Shown here piece by piece: positions 50,601 to 59,694 of a DNA stretch of 64,000 nucleotides. The stretch lies in NCBI GenBank assembly GCA_965113315.1, contig OZ220379.1, one strand, 5' to 3'. Every line of letters begins with the position of its first letter. Positions within the stretch are counted from its first letter, which is position 1. The notes under the pieces were generated by a model. It saw only the letters and a list, made by a program, of their open reading frames with translations, ran no database searches and had not been told where the DNA came from. The DNA is from Podarcis vaucheri (lineage: Eukaryota). The translations under genes and the position numbers were made by a program.

Positions 50601-53600
50601 GAAAGCCCAATTTGCAAAGTATTAAAATATCTGAGTCTCCATATCAATTATTTTTATAATGAAAACATTTAAAGAACATATGATCAATATAAATTACATT
50701 TTTCTAACACTGCTTAATTTAAAATTAAGTAACTGCTTAACTGATTATGTCTTTGCTCTATGCATTATTTCACTACATATTGCTTTGTCTACTAGAGAAG
50801 CTTGATTCAAGGAAACAAATTGTCTTGTACTTGTAAACTGAATGACTAAAATCAATCATGATTTTTATAGCTATGAACACAGATGACTCTTTATGCATTC
50901 CTGTACATTGTGGAGGTTATGGCTTAAAGTACTAAGCTGAACACTTTAAGTATCATATTTCTTTCTTAATTTTGAAAGCATCTTATCATATAAAATGCAC
51001 AAGTTTCTTACAGTGCTCAAAATATCAGCACTTCNNNNNNNNNNNNNNNNNNNNNNNNNNNNNNNNNNNNNNNNNNNNNNNNNNNNNNNNNNNNNNNNNN
51101 NNNNNNNNNNNNNNNNNNNNNNNNNNNNNNNNNNNNNNNNNNNNNNNNNNNNNNNNNNNNNNNNNNNNNNNNNNNNNNNNNNNNNNNNNNNNNNNNNNNN
51201 NNNNNNNNNNNNNNNNNNNNNNNNNNNNNNNNNNNNNNNNNNNNNNNNNNNNNNNNNNNNNNNNNNNNNNNNNNNNNNNNNNNNNNTCTTCTCCATGGAA
51301 TGTTGACTTATGTTCAATGTTCTGAGAATTTTTAATGAAACAGGGTATTAAACTTTCATCAGTTGTGGACAATCACAATTATTTGACCTTAGAGGCAAAG
51401 GTTATACACCTCGACACCCCACTATTCTTTTCTGTGTGCCAGTCAGTGATGCCGTGATCTGGCTAAAAACAAAATCCTTGTTTTAAAACCTTTGCTGCTA
51501 TATGTTCACTTAAGAAAATATTAATCAGCTTACATTAAAGGTTTTAGAGTGAGAAAGACCAGGCATTTACATTTTGTTTTACTCCAATCCACATCTATAG
51601 CATAATCTTATAGTTTAAATGAGTGCCCATATGCTAAGCGGTCTATGACGGTACTCTGTATGCCTTGATTAACTGAGGAAGGAAGCTGATAAATGACAAA
51701 GTTGCATTGATTGAATTACTCTGTCTATTGGCAGTATAATCAATGAGCATTGCTAAATGATTTAATGCAAGCAAGTTCATTTGATATTGCCACCAGAAGA
51801 TCAGATATAAATCACTTGATGTTTAAATCCTGCCATGGTGTTATATTTCCCCTCTAAATAGAACACTGAGAAGGCTGTACAGACAACGTAACACACAGCC
51901 TCAACTCAACGGGGAAAAAACATTATGGTTTATTCCACCTTCACCAGTCTGAGCCCAACTGTTGTAGTCCATGCTGGACATAATCCACAATCCCTAGAGG
52001 AAGCTGACACTTGAAACCAACATAAATGCCCTGCTCATGAATTTAAACATGTAGTTACAAGATTGGCATTATTCCGTAACAGACTGGAAACCCAACAGAC
52101 CAAGTAGTTTTAAAACAGATTCCGGTTGCTTAGATCTTTACCCATATGTAAGTGAAGGAACAAAAATTTATTTTATAACTTATAACTGAAACAGAGTAAA
52201 GCTTCACACATTTCTTTAATAAATGGAAGCACATTAGATGCACAGGGAAATCTCTGCAAGCTGTCTGGATAAAGGAACTTTTTAAAAAGCAGGGTGGGGG
52301 GAACCAAGATATGAATAGCAGGATGTCACTGCACAACTTTAAGAATATTTGCCCTAGTATTTGGCTTAAAAATATGTAGTTAAATTCATTAAATTATTGC
52401 TCTGCCCTCAGAGTTTTTTAGTTTTTGTTTTTTTTAGAGGGGAGTTGGCCTTACATGGCAAAATCTCCATTCTGATCCAGAATAAAGAAATTTGTTACTT
52501 GGGAATATTCTGATTTAAGGCATTTGCTCACCCAAGTGACTGAAACACAGAATGAACCATGTGTAAGCCAGAGGAAGACATGTCTCCTCCAGCTGTTATG
52601 AAACAGCAGAAGTTGATTATTAGGTCCTTTTTCGTATACGGCATTAAAATGGCCACTCCCAACAGGACCAATGTCATTTTATAGAAGGTTTGGAAACTTA
52701 TTGGACATCATTGACCCTTGCACTCTTTGTCACTGTGGTAACTTATGTGCATGAGTTTGCAGGATAATTCTCTGGCCTTGTCTTCAAGGTAATTTTTTTC
52801 TTCTTCAATTCATTTCTATACCACTTTCTATTTTTTTTAAAGAAAATCTCCAGGTGGTCTACAACCGACATTAAAACATCAAATAAAACAATCCAGGAAA
52901 AAAACCACACACAAAAGAAATACAATACAAAGTATACATTCAAAGCAATATAATTAACAGGAAACCAAAAGATTATCTTAAAAAGTCAGGGTTGTTTGTT
53001 TTTACAAACATCAGGAAGAATTTTCTGATGGCAAGAGTTGTTCAACAGGGGAACAGACTCCCTTGGAAGGTGGTCACCTCTGCTTCCTTAGAGGTTCTAA
53101 AGCAGAGGTTAGATTGCCATCCATCACAGCTGCTTTAGTTGAGATTCCTGCTTTGTAGAGGGTTAGACTAGATGGCCCTCAGGCTCCCTTACAATTCTAC
53201 GAAGATTCTATGAAAAGGAAGCAGAACCCCCACCCCAAGTCCTAGTAGGACCAGGGTCTGCTAGCAAAAACTATATATGTGGGTCATGCTTTCCATCTGC
53301 TTCTGATTGGAGATTTGTCACACAAGTCAAAAACCATTGCTTATAGGCACCTGGCATATCATCCGGACACAGAAATCACCTAACCACACAGCCTCCATCT
53401 TCCCAGGATTCATACACATTCAGACCAGCACTGCATTTGGAACTTAGTCCAGAGCTTCCACAGTGTCTTCTGATTCACATGTTACAAAGAAGTAGAGTTG
53501 CAGGTCACCAGTGTAACCAGGGCTGTGCGCTCCAAAATGTCTAGTGACAGCTCCCCAGTGTCTCCATGTAGCTGTTAAATAGCATTGGAGTGACTGCCCT

Positions 53601-56600
53601 ACAGAACCCCATAGCACAGTTGCCATGGGTCAACAAGCACTCCTTCCCCCAATCCTATTCTCTAGACACAACTGTGCAAGTAGGAATGGGATGACTGTAC
53701 ACAGCCAATCCAGAAGCTGCTGAGAGACCGGGTAACAGTAACAGGGTTGCATTCCGACTGGCTTTCTCCCAATGCAGCTCATTCATTCAGGCAATGGAAG
53801 CTCGTTTACTCCCCAAACCAGGCCTAAACCCAGACTGAAATGAATCTAGATAATCAGGGTCATACAGGAACACTTGCAGTCGCTCTCATAGCTGTCAACT
53901 TACAGATTTGAAAATAAGGGACCAGCAGCCTCGAAAATAAGGGATCAGCAGCCAGTATAAGAGATTTTGCTATTGTAAAGAGTTACATACATTGGTAGGA
54001 TTGACAGATGCTGTCAATCCGGCATGAGGGAGTTGCAGTGCCGCAGCGGCCGCTGAAGCGCCGCCCTTCTGCGTCCCTCCCCATCCCTTCCTCTTCCTCC
54101 TCCCTCAGGCCGCCTCCTCAGCTGCCACCACCGCTGCTGCCTCCGGGCTCGTGGACAGCGTGGGCGAGAGTCTCTCTCCCTCCCCCCTCTCTCAGGCGGG
54201 GAAGGGCGGATGGAACTCCTCTTGCCAGGACGACGGCGCCAGCGCACGCTCTCTCTCGCAGCAGAGGACCCAGAGCCACTGCTTCCCTCCTTAGCCGGGC
54301 GAGCATGAAACCCGGGAAATTTAAGGGACATCATCAATAAGAGACATCAGTGGGACACGGCGCTGGGATAAGGGACGGTTGACAGCTATGCGCTCTGCCA
54401 CCACCTTTTGCACCATGCTCTTGTGCAGGCATAGGCAAACTCCGGCCCTCCAGATGTTTGGGACTACAACTCCCACCATCCCCGACCACTGGCCCTGTTA
54501 GGTAGGGATGGTGGGGATTGTAGTCCCAAACATCTGGAGGGCCAGAGTTTGCCTATGCCTGCTCTTGTGCTTTCGCACTGGCATCTGGGTAGGCACTGTG
54601 AGAAAAGGATGCTGGACAAGATGGGACACTGCCCTGATCCGGCAGGCTCTCCTTCTGTTCTTACAACCATTGGGTCCAGGTGGGTCACACCACCACCTCT
54701 ATAAGGGCAGCTGGCACCTCCCCATCACACAACGGCGTGTTCATAACACCCTGGGCACCCTGCTCCAGCTAGCTTTAACCAGCCCAGGAAGGGCGGGTAC
54801 CAGGAGAACATATGGTCATATGGATTGCTTCAATTATCCTGTCCACTTTCTCACTTATTAAAATATGCTGATAAAAGGTATTCAAAATAGCTTAAAAGTT
54901 AATTTCAAAACTCCGTACAGTTGGCTTGCTCCTTCTAGAAACATTTACAGAGCAACAGAAGCATTTCCAGGTATTTACCTGATAAACACAGGTATTCAAA
55001 ATTACTGATTAAGTGTTTATTTGTGCTTAATTTTATCAAAAAAAAGTTTCAAAAGGCATATGAACTAGAAATAGCATACCTTTTTTTTTTTACATAATTC
55101 AGAGATCAATAGTATTTAAAGTAGTTGGAAAGTACACTAACATGGATATACTTTTACAATGGCTTGTTTGAAAATACCTGGAGGCTTTAACATATCCCAA
55201 AGGCTTTTCTCATTTGCACAGTAAAGATATTTTTTGTTTGTACCTGAATATTAAAACAGAGAATGTTGTTACAGTCACCAGATAAGAACTGCAACGAATG
55301 CTGAAAAGTGAAATCTATTTTGTGTATCTCAGGAATCAACGCTACAGACAATGAGGTTCCAGTTTCATTTTGAAATTTTTAGGGCAGTTCAATCCCTATT
55401 TGGGAACATGAAAGAATTCTGAAAAGGAAAAAGTTACTTTCTTCAGTTGCAAAATATTTCCACATCAAACCAGTACAAAGGTATAATTCCCCAAAAGATT
55501 TTTCAACTGCACAGCTTAATTATCATAGTCTCATAAAAATGGATATTTAAAAGTGTTGCAAATAAAAGTCTACTGAAATATTAATTGGTTAAATAAAACC
55601 AATTAGACTAAATAAAGAATGCCTTAAAAAGACAGGCCTTTTTTTGGTGGTGACCCTCTCAGGTATGGAAACATTAATATAGGGCCCCCAAAAAATCCTA
55701 ATCATTAGGAACAAAATTGAAAACAAAAGTGACAAGGCTCATTATTGTTAGAGGGAGGTAAACCAGTATGCTGGTTCAGACAATGTGCAAACCAAACTGT
55801 GGTTCAGCTCAGTGAAGTGCAGCAGAAGAGAGACCAGGGATGAGCAAAGCAGCCATAACCTCTACTCTCAGAGCCCATACATTTGAATTAAGCTATGGTC
55901 TGGTTTAGCATGATGTGTGAAGCAGGCCAACGACTGGCCCAAATTCACCCCATAAGATTCACAGTTCAGTGGGATTTTGATCTCAGATTTGCCTAGTCCT
56001 AGTCCCACACTTTAACAACTATACCTTATTGCTTCTCATATTACTTCTTCACTCAGGAAAAAAATGACTATATGGTTTCAACAATTAAGGTCCATATATT
56101 TAACAAGCAAGTTAGAGGTTTTTTTATTTATTTATTTTTAAATCACTATTCCAGCATCTCAGAAAGTGGCATTCTTAAATCATTTTAATGATGGTGGTGG
56201 TATTTATTTATATCCTGCCTTGTTCCCTGATGGGAATCAAGGCAGCTTACACATAAAAATAAGATCCACTAAAAACAAGGGGGGGGGGAATCATTAAAAA
56301 ACGATTATTAACAGAATTAAATCTCTCTCTCTCTCTCTATATATATATATAATTACTAAAACCATACTAGATGACACTTGGGATTCATTCCAACTCTACA
56401 GTTCTATGGTTCTATAATAACAATAATATTGTTTTAAAACCAACTTTTCTCACTTATAATTTTTTTATAACAAAATATCAAAAGATGAATGCTATGGATA
56501 CAACATTTATCTGATTGATAGGCTAGTATAAATCAGGTCAAAACTTTCTGATCAACTNNNNNNNNNNNNNNNNNNNNNNNNNNNNNNNNNNNNNNNNNNN

Positions 56601-57630
56601 NNNNNNNNNNNNNNNNNNNNNNNNNNNNNNNNNNNNNNNNNNNNNNNNNNNNNNNNNNNNNNNNNNNNNNNNNNNNNNNNNNNNNNNNNNNNNNNNNNNN
56701 NNNNNNNNNGCAAGTGTCATCAAAAAGTATTCACCCTTCGCTTACACAATAGGAGTGCTTCTTCTAAGATGAGATAGTAGAATGATGCCTGCTGTGAGAG
56801 ATACATGCATCATCTTACCTTCACCCCACAACTGATTTCTGTCTTTAGACCTATTGTTGATCATATGCAAATTCAATTTAATTCATCAATCAACTAATGC
56901 TCATGCAATTAATGGACTAAGATTCCTTTAACCAAATGGCAGCCCTAAATATAACTAGGCCTGTCGCCTTCAATAAGTCAGCACTGATCTCCTGAATACA
57001 TGGAGAATGGAGTTATTCAACTGTATTGTAGGACATCATTTCTGCCCTCTCTGTATGGCCAGCTACCTAGGGCAAACCCTTGTGATCTTAAACAGATTCC
57101 TCATATCCGAGAAAGGAATGATATGTTCAGGCCTGAATATGCAATATCTAAAATAAAGGGCAGCCAGACACAGCATCCCTGCATGCATGAGCCCAGACCT
57201 TCCTGTGTTGAACATGAAAAGTCTGAAGCAGGCTTTTACTCACATTCATTTAAATGGGACTATAACTCTCCATCCAGTGGGAGACTCTGCTTTATCAATG
57301 TTTCAAACTGTGCAGAGTTTTACCAGTATTCAAGCGAATCTAGGCAAAATCTCCTTTCCTGCTCTACATGGGAAGGTCAATGTTAATGTGAATAAGGATG
57401 AATGAACACGGGGATGTTGTGGCTGGGGCTTGCATGTGCACCCTGTTCTCACTTTGAAGCACTGCATGTTCAGGCAAACACTTGAACATGACTATAATTA
57501 AAAAAGAAAACAACAAAAAGAGAAAAATTGCCCATACTCACCTTTCGACAACCATACTGACTGCTTGTGTCAGATCTGGGTTTGCGACCTGAAGACGTTT
57601 CCATAAAGACCACACAAATTCTTTATCAGC
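1114..57630 (-). CDS. CNTLN: Centlein (centrosomal coiled-coil protein), partial multi-exon gene; exons equivalent to human 2-11
   Basis: The spliced translation ([15 protein letters not shown]...[21 protein letters not shown]...[21 protein letters not shown]...[14 protein letters not shown]...[36 protein letters not shown]) matches centlein as I recall it. Exon lengths are 89, 85, 135, 180, 134, 163, 192, 174, (partial), 122 bp, giving one continuous frame. All visible junctions are AG/GT. Exon numbering is inferred from the human gene. Confidence 0.96.
1385..2350 (+). mobile_element. CR1 LINE 3' fragment, interrupted by a ~390-bp insertion (1675-2065)
   Basis: Contains [16 protein letters not shown] (CR1 ORF2 C-terminus) and CR1-like 3' UTR. 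The sequence resumes after a 16-bp duplicated ACCCAGTGCATAGTTT. Confidence 0.8.
1675..2065 (-). pseudogene. Probable retrotransposed 3' UTR fragment of an unidentified polyadenylated RNA
   Basis: 16-bp TSDs at 1659-1674 and 2066-2081. Decayed A-rich tail at the left end on the minus strand, with a minus-strand AATAAA (plus-strand tttatt at ~1728-1733) about 40 nt upstream of it. Confidence 0.65.
2636..2680. repeat. (TAA)15 microsatellite
   Basis: Read directly; begins 8 nt into the intron after CNTLN exon 10. Confidence 0.97.
2688..2778 (-). CDS. CNTLN: CNTLN exon 10, 3' part only (5' part inside N-run): ...[30 protein letters not shown]
   Basis: Donor AAG|gtgaaa; the peptide matches centlein [19 protein letters not shown]. 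The acceptor is hidden by Ns starting at 2779. Confidence 0.92.
2779..3326. other. N-run, 548 bp
   Basis: Read directly; truncates CNTLN exon 10. Confidence 0.99.
5118..5334. mobile_element. Short degraded non-autonomous DNA transposon (hAT-like MITE)
   Basis: Imperfect inverted termini (cagcggcaacacc.../...ggtgctac) flanked by ctatctc/ctatttc, a degenerate TSD. Confidence 0.45.
6844..7017 (-). CDS. CNTLN: CNTLN exon 9 (174 bp): [58 protein letters not shown]
   Basis: Acceptor ttttctag|GAA and donor AAG|gtagga; the SQKSEI..L.EKLK.AN motif is shared with mammalian centlein. Confidence 0.92.
7688..8041 (+). mobile_element. Sauria SINE, full length
   Basis: GGGACGCGGGTGG..CTGTGGGTTAAACC head, (ACCTTT)n tail and a perfect 14-bp TSD TAGGTCATTGCCAA. 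Confidence 0.92.
8630..8762 (+). mobile_element. SINE with tRNA-Ile-like head and CR1-derived tail (5' truncated/decayed)
   Basis: GTGGTGCTGATAATGCCAAGGTTGCAGGTTCAATCCCTGTA resembles the 3' two-thirds of vertebrate tRNA-Ile. It is followed by ATATTCCTGCATTGCAGG...GTCCCTTCCAACTCTAC..GATTC, a CR1-type tail. Confidence 0.7.
12084..12931. other. Two N-runs (12084-12619, 536 bp; 12648-12931, 284 bp) separated by a 28-bp island
   Basis: Read directly. Confidence 0.99.
15335..16380 (+). mobile_element. L2-type LINE 3' fragment interrupted by a MITE
   Basis: [24 protein letters not shown]-like and QKLQLVQ motifs typical of the L2 ORF2 C-terminus. Confidence 0.78.
15711..15937. mobile_element. Tc1/mariner (Tigger-like) MITE, 227 bp
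   Basis: TIRs CAGTGGTACCTCGGGTTA / TAACCCGAGGTACCACTG with TA TSD on both sides. Confidence 0.9.
16521..16712 (-). CDS. CNTLN: CNTLN exon 8 (192 bp): [64 protein letters not shown]
   Basis: Acceptor aacatag|CTT and donor GAG|gtgaga; overlaps ORF 16407..16700. Confidence 0.93.
19945..21623 (+). mobile_element. CR1 LINE (RT region to 3' end), interrupted at ~20620-21105
   Basis: [44 protein letters not shown] and [16 protein letters not shown] motifs; ends in a (ATTCTATG)n tail. Confidence 0.88.
21815..22168 (+). mobile_element. Sauria SINE, full length
   Basis: Same family as 7688-8041; 14-bp TSD TAGTGATGAGG(A/C)CA. Confidence 0.92.
22332..22494 (-). CDS. CNTLN: CNTLN exon 7 (163 bp): (R)[54 protein letters not shown]
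   Basis: Acceptor ttgcacag|G and donor AAA|gtatgt; lies within ORF 22257..22511. Confidence 0.95.
23740..24570 (-). mobile_element. Degraded L2-type LINE RT fragment
   Basis: [15 protein letters not shown] (cf. GFRxxHxTETAL) and SHLDYCNAL in minus-strand ORFs. Confidence 0.75.
27800..29491. mobile_element. Non-autonomous Tc1/mariner (Tigger-like) element expanded by an internal minisatellite
   Basis: TIRs CAGTGGTGCCTCGCAAGACGAA / TTCGTCTTGCGGGGTACCACTG; TA at 27798-99 and 29492-93; no transposase. Confidence 0.9.
28195..29340. repeat. GC-rich tandem repeat, 10 units of 113/116 bp, two hairpins per unit
   Basis: Unit starts at ~28195, 28311, 28424, 28540, 28653, 28769, 28882, 28995, 29108 and 29221; the array ends at ~29334. 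Confidence 0.97.
29494..30543. mobile_element. Second non-autonomous Tc1/mariner/pogo-type element with internal direct repeats
   Basis: Imperfect TIRs CTGTATTTTTTGCACCATAACAC / GTGCTATAGAGCGAAAAATACG with TA flanks. Internal duplications at ~29970/30032/30098 and ~30188/30344. Confidence 0.75.
30552..30637 (-). mobile_element. Penelope-like element terminal (pLTR) fragment with minimal hammerhead ribozyme motif
   Basis: The minus strand reads GTGT-CTGAAGA-AGTGTGCATGCACAC-AAAAGCTTA-TAC followed by ...GTTGGTCTCTAAGGTGCTACTGGAC, the layout I recall for reptile Penelope-like element ends. Confidence 0.7.
32024..32157 (-). CDS. CNTLN: CNTLN exon 6 (134 bp): [44 protein letters not shown](R)
   Basis: Acceptor tttccag|AAT and donor AG|gtatgt; lies within ORF 31990..32196. 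Confidence 0.94.
32805..32923 (-). mobile_element. SINE with tRNA-Lys-like head and CR1 tail (internally deleted)
   Basis: The minus strand reads TAGCTCAGTTGGTAGAG...GGGTCATGGATTCGAGTTCCACGTCGGGCA, then ATATTCCTGCATTGCAGGGG...TTCTATGATTCTATG. Confidence 0.72.
34575..34736 (+). mobile_element. CR1 fragment
   Basis: TTCAGTCTGGAGAAAGAGACAATTAAGAGGAGAC..ATAGCCATCTTCAAATATCTGAAGGGCTG matches the CR1 copy at ~21260-21330. Confidence 0.7.
34740..35572 (-). mobile_element. Probable L1/Tx1-type LINE 5' UTR plus ORF1 N-terminus, interrupted by a SINE
   Basis: Decayed basic-then-coiled-coil frame (…[17 protein letters not shown]…[18 protein letters not shown]) preceded by a GC-richer 5' segment starting GGAGAGAGTGGTGATGGCTGC. 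Confidence 0.5.
35152..35400 (+). mobile_element. tRNA-derived MIR/Ther1-related squamate SINE (Squam3-like)
   Basis: GAGAGCCAGTGTGGTGTAGTGGTTAAGAG A-box head, core CTGGGTGACCTTGGGC.AGTCAC and (CTT)n-like tail; a second copy lies at ~58197. Confidence 0.8.
35860..36200. repeat. Purine-rich (GA) low-complexity tract
   Basis: Strong A/G bias on the plus strand. Confidence 0.6.
37364..37543 (-). CDS. CNTLN: CNTLN exon 5 (180 bp): [60 protein letters not shown]
   Basis: Acceptor tgtacag|GAC and donor AAG|gtatga; lies within ORF 37358..37588. Confidence 0.95.
38179..38313 (-). CDS. CNTLN: CNTLN exon 4 (135 bp): [45 protein letters not shown]
   Basis: Acceptor ttcttag|AGA and donor AAG|gtatat; phase 0/0. 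Confidence 0.93.
38906..39153 (+). mobile_element. Solo LTR, 248 bp
   Basis: TGTTA...TAACA termini, perfect 5-bp TSD AAAAC, TATATAA at 39041 and AATAAA at 39092. Confidence 0.9.
39254..39450 (-). mobile_element. 5'-truncated Sauria SINE
   Basis: Reverse complement of the 3' half of the 7688 copy; flanked by an AGCACAGGTA direct repeat. Confidence 0.85.
39603..39760 (+). mobile_element. SINE with tRNA-Lys(CTT)-like head and CR1 tail
   Basis: GCTTAGTCAGTAGAGCACAACTCTTAATCTCAGCGTTGTGGGTTTGAG..CACATTGGGCA, then ATATTCCTGCAATGCAGGGG...CCCTTCCAACTCTACAATTCTATGATTCT. Confidence 0.78.
40091..40289. mobile_element. Tigger-like MITE, 199 bp
   Basis: TIRs C(C)GTCGTACCTTGGA / TCCAAGGTACGACTG with TA flanks. 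Confidence 0.82.
44000..45805 (+). mobile_element. Internally deleted L1-type LINE (inter-ORF region, endonuclease N-terminus, ORF2 C-terminus, 3' UTR)
   Basis: [23 protein letters not shown]…IAYLQ (APE endonuclease start) is followed closely by [14 protein letters not shown] and [15 protein letters not shown] (ORF2 C-terminus). C/A-rich 3' UTR ends in AATAAA plus an A-rich tail. Left boundary approximate. Confidence 0.78.
44880..45104. mobile_element. Tigger-like MITE, same family as 15711-15937 in the opposite orientation
   Basis: TIRs CAGTGGTACCTCA / TGAGGTACCACTG with TA TSD; nested in the L1. Confidence 0.9.
46096..46180 (-). CDS. CNTLN: CNTLN exon 3 (85 bp): (R)[28 protein letters not shown]
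   Basis: Acceptor tttctag|A and donor CAG|gttagt; lies within ORF 46036..46218. Confidence 0.95.
51035..51286. other. N-run, 252 bp
   Basis: Read directly. Confidence 0.99.
53005..53212 (+). mobile_element. CR1 3' end
   Basis: Homologous to ~21420-21623, with an ATTCTATG-type tail. Confidence 0.75.
53887..54390. mobile_element. Non-autonomous DNA transposon, 504 bp, GC/CpG-rich interior, 6-bp TSD
   Basis: Perfect 13-bp TIRs CATAGCTGTCAAC / GTTGACAGCTATG, TSD CGCTCT on both sides and subterminal (AT)AAGGGA repeats. Confidence 0.88.
54426..54561. mobile_element. Palindromic hAT-type MITE, 136 bp
   Basis: CAGGCATAGGCAAACT...AGTTTGCCTATGCCTG forms a nearly full-length hairpin; perfect 8-bp TSD CTCTTGTG. 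Confidence 0.92.
56558..56709. other. N-run, 152 bp
   Basis: Read directly. Confidence 0.99.
57542..57630 (-). CDS. CNTLN: CNTLN exon 2 (89 bp): [29 protein letters not shown](R)
   Basis: Acceptor ...attattag|GCT and donor AG|gtgagt; highly conserved peptide; not present in the ORF track. Confidence 0.95.
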
Positions 57631-58196
57631 CTAATAATACAAACAGAAAATGAAAGCATGAAACATGTTGACACTACATTATAAGCCGTACAAAACCTCT
57701 ACTTACACACAGGTCCCGCTTACTAAACACAATGTGTTCCTGGAAATAATTCATTGTGTGAGCATTCACATATCAAGTCCATGGTTTCCATTGATTCCTA
57801 TGGGAACATTTCTAATCAAGGGTTTGTCCAATCTCCCCCTGCCCCACTCCAGTTTCTTCATCCCCATCATTTCAGTTCCCTACATCATTTGCTGAACTCA
57901 TCCCACTTCTTTTAACCAGTCTATCTCCTAAGAGTCTTTTTTATTTTTTAAAAAGAGGCATTTAAAGGACTTACAAGGTAGCCAGATGTAGAAAAGCTAC
58001 ACCTGCTGAAATTTCCTCTTAAATACAAAGGCTAAAGGTCTGTCTGCTTTTGTGGTCGGCCACCATACTCTGCCTGCCCAGCATTTCAGCTTACTTCATC
58101 CCCAACAATAAATATCATTTCTTAGAATCACAGACATCCTAAGGATTCTAAGTTCTAATGGCTGGGAACTCAGGAAGGCAAGCAACAGGGCACATC

Positions 58197-58447
58197 AAGC
58201 CAGTGTGCTATAGTGGTTAAGAGCACTGGACTTGTAATCTGGTGAATCGGCTTCACTTCCCCACTCCTCCACATGCAGCTGCTGGGTGACGTTGGGATAG
58301 TCACACTTCTCTGAAGTATCTCAGCCTCACTCACCTCACAGAGTGTTTGTTGTGAGGGAGGAAGGGAAGGATATCATTAGCCGCTTTGAGATTCTTTAGG
58401 GTAGTGATAAAGCGGGATATCAAATCCAAACTCTTCTTCCTCTTCTT
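58197..58447 (+). mobile_element. tRNA-derived MIR/Ther1-related squamate SINE (Squam3-like)
   Basis: Colinear with the 35152-35400 copy. Confidence 0.8.
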
Positions 58448-59694
58448 TATATGTATAGAGGGCACGAAAAATTTGAATATCTGAACTTCGTTCCAACTGA
58501 AAATACCCAAAACATTTGCTATTAAATATTCTTACTATTATAAGAAGGATTTGGCCTAATAGAAGTAGCAATATTAGCTTGCAATTGTTCAGAATAAAAC
58601 ATCGTAAAGGCTTTTCATAAAATTCCTTGCACAATTAGCCATCTTGGTAAGATGGCTCTCTAAACGGTTTTGAGAGCCAACTAATTTTTTTCTGAAGCAA
58701 GACAAAACCTCCCGTCTGAAATTGGCACAGCAGCCCAGCTCTACAGCTGTCAATGCCTGGGATATATCAATCTTCAATGTACCCAAGGACTGTTCTGTCT
58801 ACTCTGCGTATGTTAACGGCACAGAGAGGTCAGCTGAGGTGTACCTTGAGCAGCTGAGAACTTATCTGTGCAGGACAGAACACAGATGTCATTCGGAAGT
58901 TCCCTCAAATTTCCTCATTAAAAATAAAATTACCCACACTACCACTGTGTGTCAGAAAGAGAAGCTGCTCACTTTGGGAATGTGTGTGCAGGCTGAAAAG
59001 AGAGATGTATAAAACATAAATATTTAGAGTGCTTTGGGAACTATATTGAAAGTGAGATGCTCTTCCCAGTGCAGCAAAGCATCTGCAATGATTGCAGGTC
59101 AGGCCTCGCACTGGAAAAGTGACAGTTATGAAAGAGAGAGACAATGGGATTGTGCTTCAGTCAAGAGTGAAAATAATTATACCTCATCATCGTCATGTTA
59201 GCAGACATATGGAAATGCAGAACAACCCAGCCTCTGATCCCTGCTACTATTGAATACGGTCGTGTCATAATAGGAACAGAGCAGATCCCTACATGCAATA
59301 TTCAGACATATACCTTCCCTCCCGCCCCACAAAAAGCCCATATGCTATGAAAAGGTAAAAACATCAACATTTATTTAAGACTTCAGTTTAGTACTGTAGG
59401 ACTATTCAGCCCTCAGCATTTGAGCCCTGGCCTTGAAAACATTTCAGGAGATGCTCACCTTAGACACACATTTTCCACACTTCAGATAGCCGACACAAAT
59501 TCTTCTCGTAAATTGAAACTGGAACACTGTACTCTTTCAGTTGAAAAGATTTTGAGTGTCAGCACCGGAATGACTCGCCTTCAGAGAACTACACACATGC
59601 ATGCAACACAAACATGTTTCTGTGGTGGTCCCTATTCTGAGTGGGCCTCTTGCAAGAACAGTTAATTCTACTGTGTCCAATCACACCAAAGGAG

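Noticed and set aside
54008-54340. GC-rich ORFs as CNTLN exon 1 or promoter
   Set aside because: They lie between exons 2 and 3, inside a TIR/TSD-bounded transposon, and show no centlein similarity.
2737-56723. Long ORFs consisting mostly of X
   Set aside because: Artefacts of translating N-runs.
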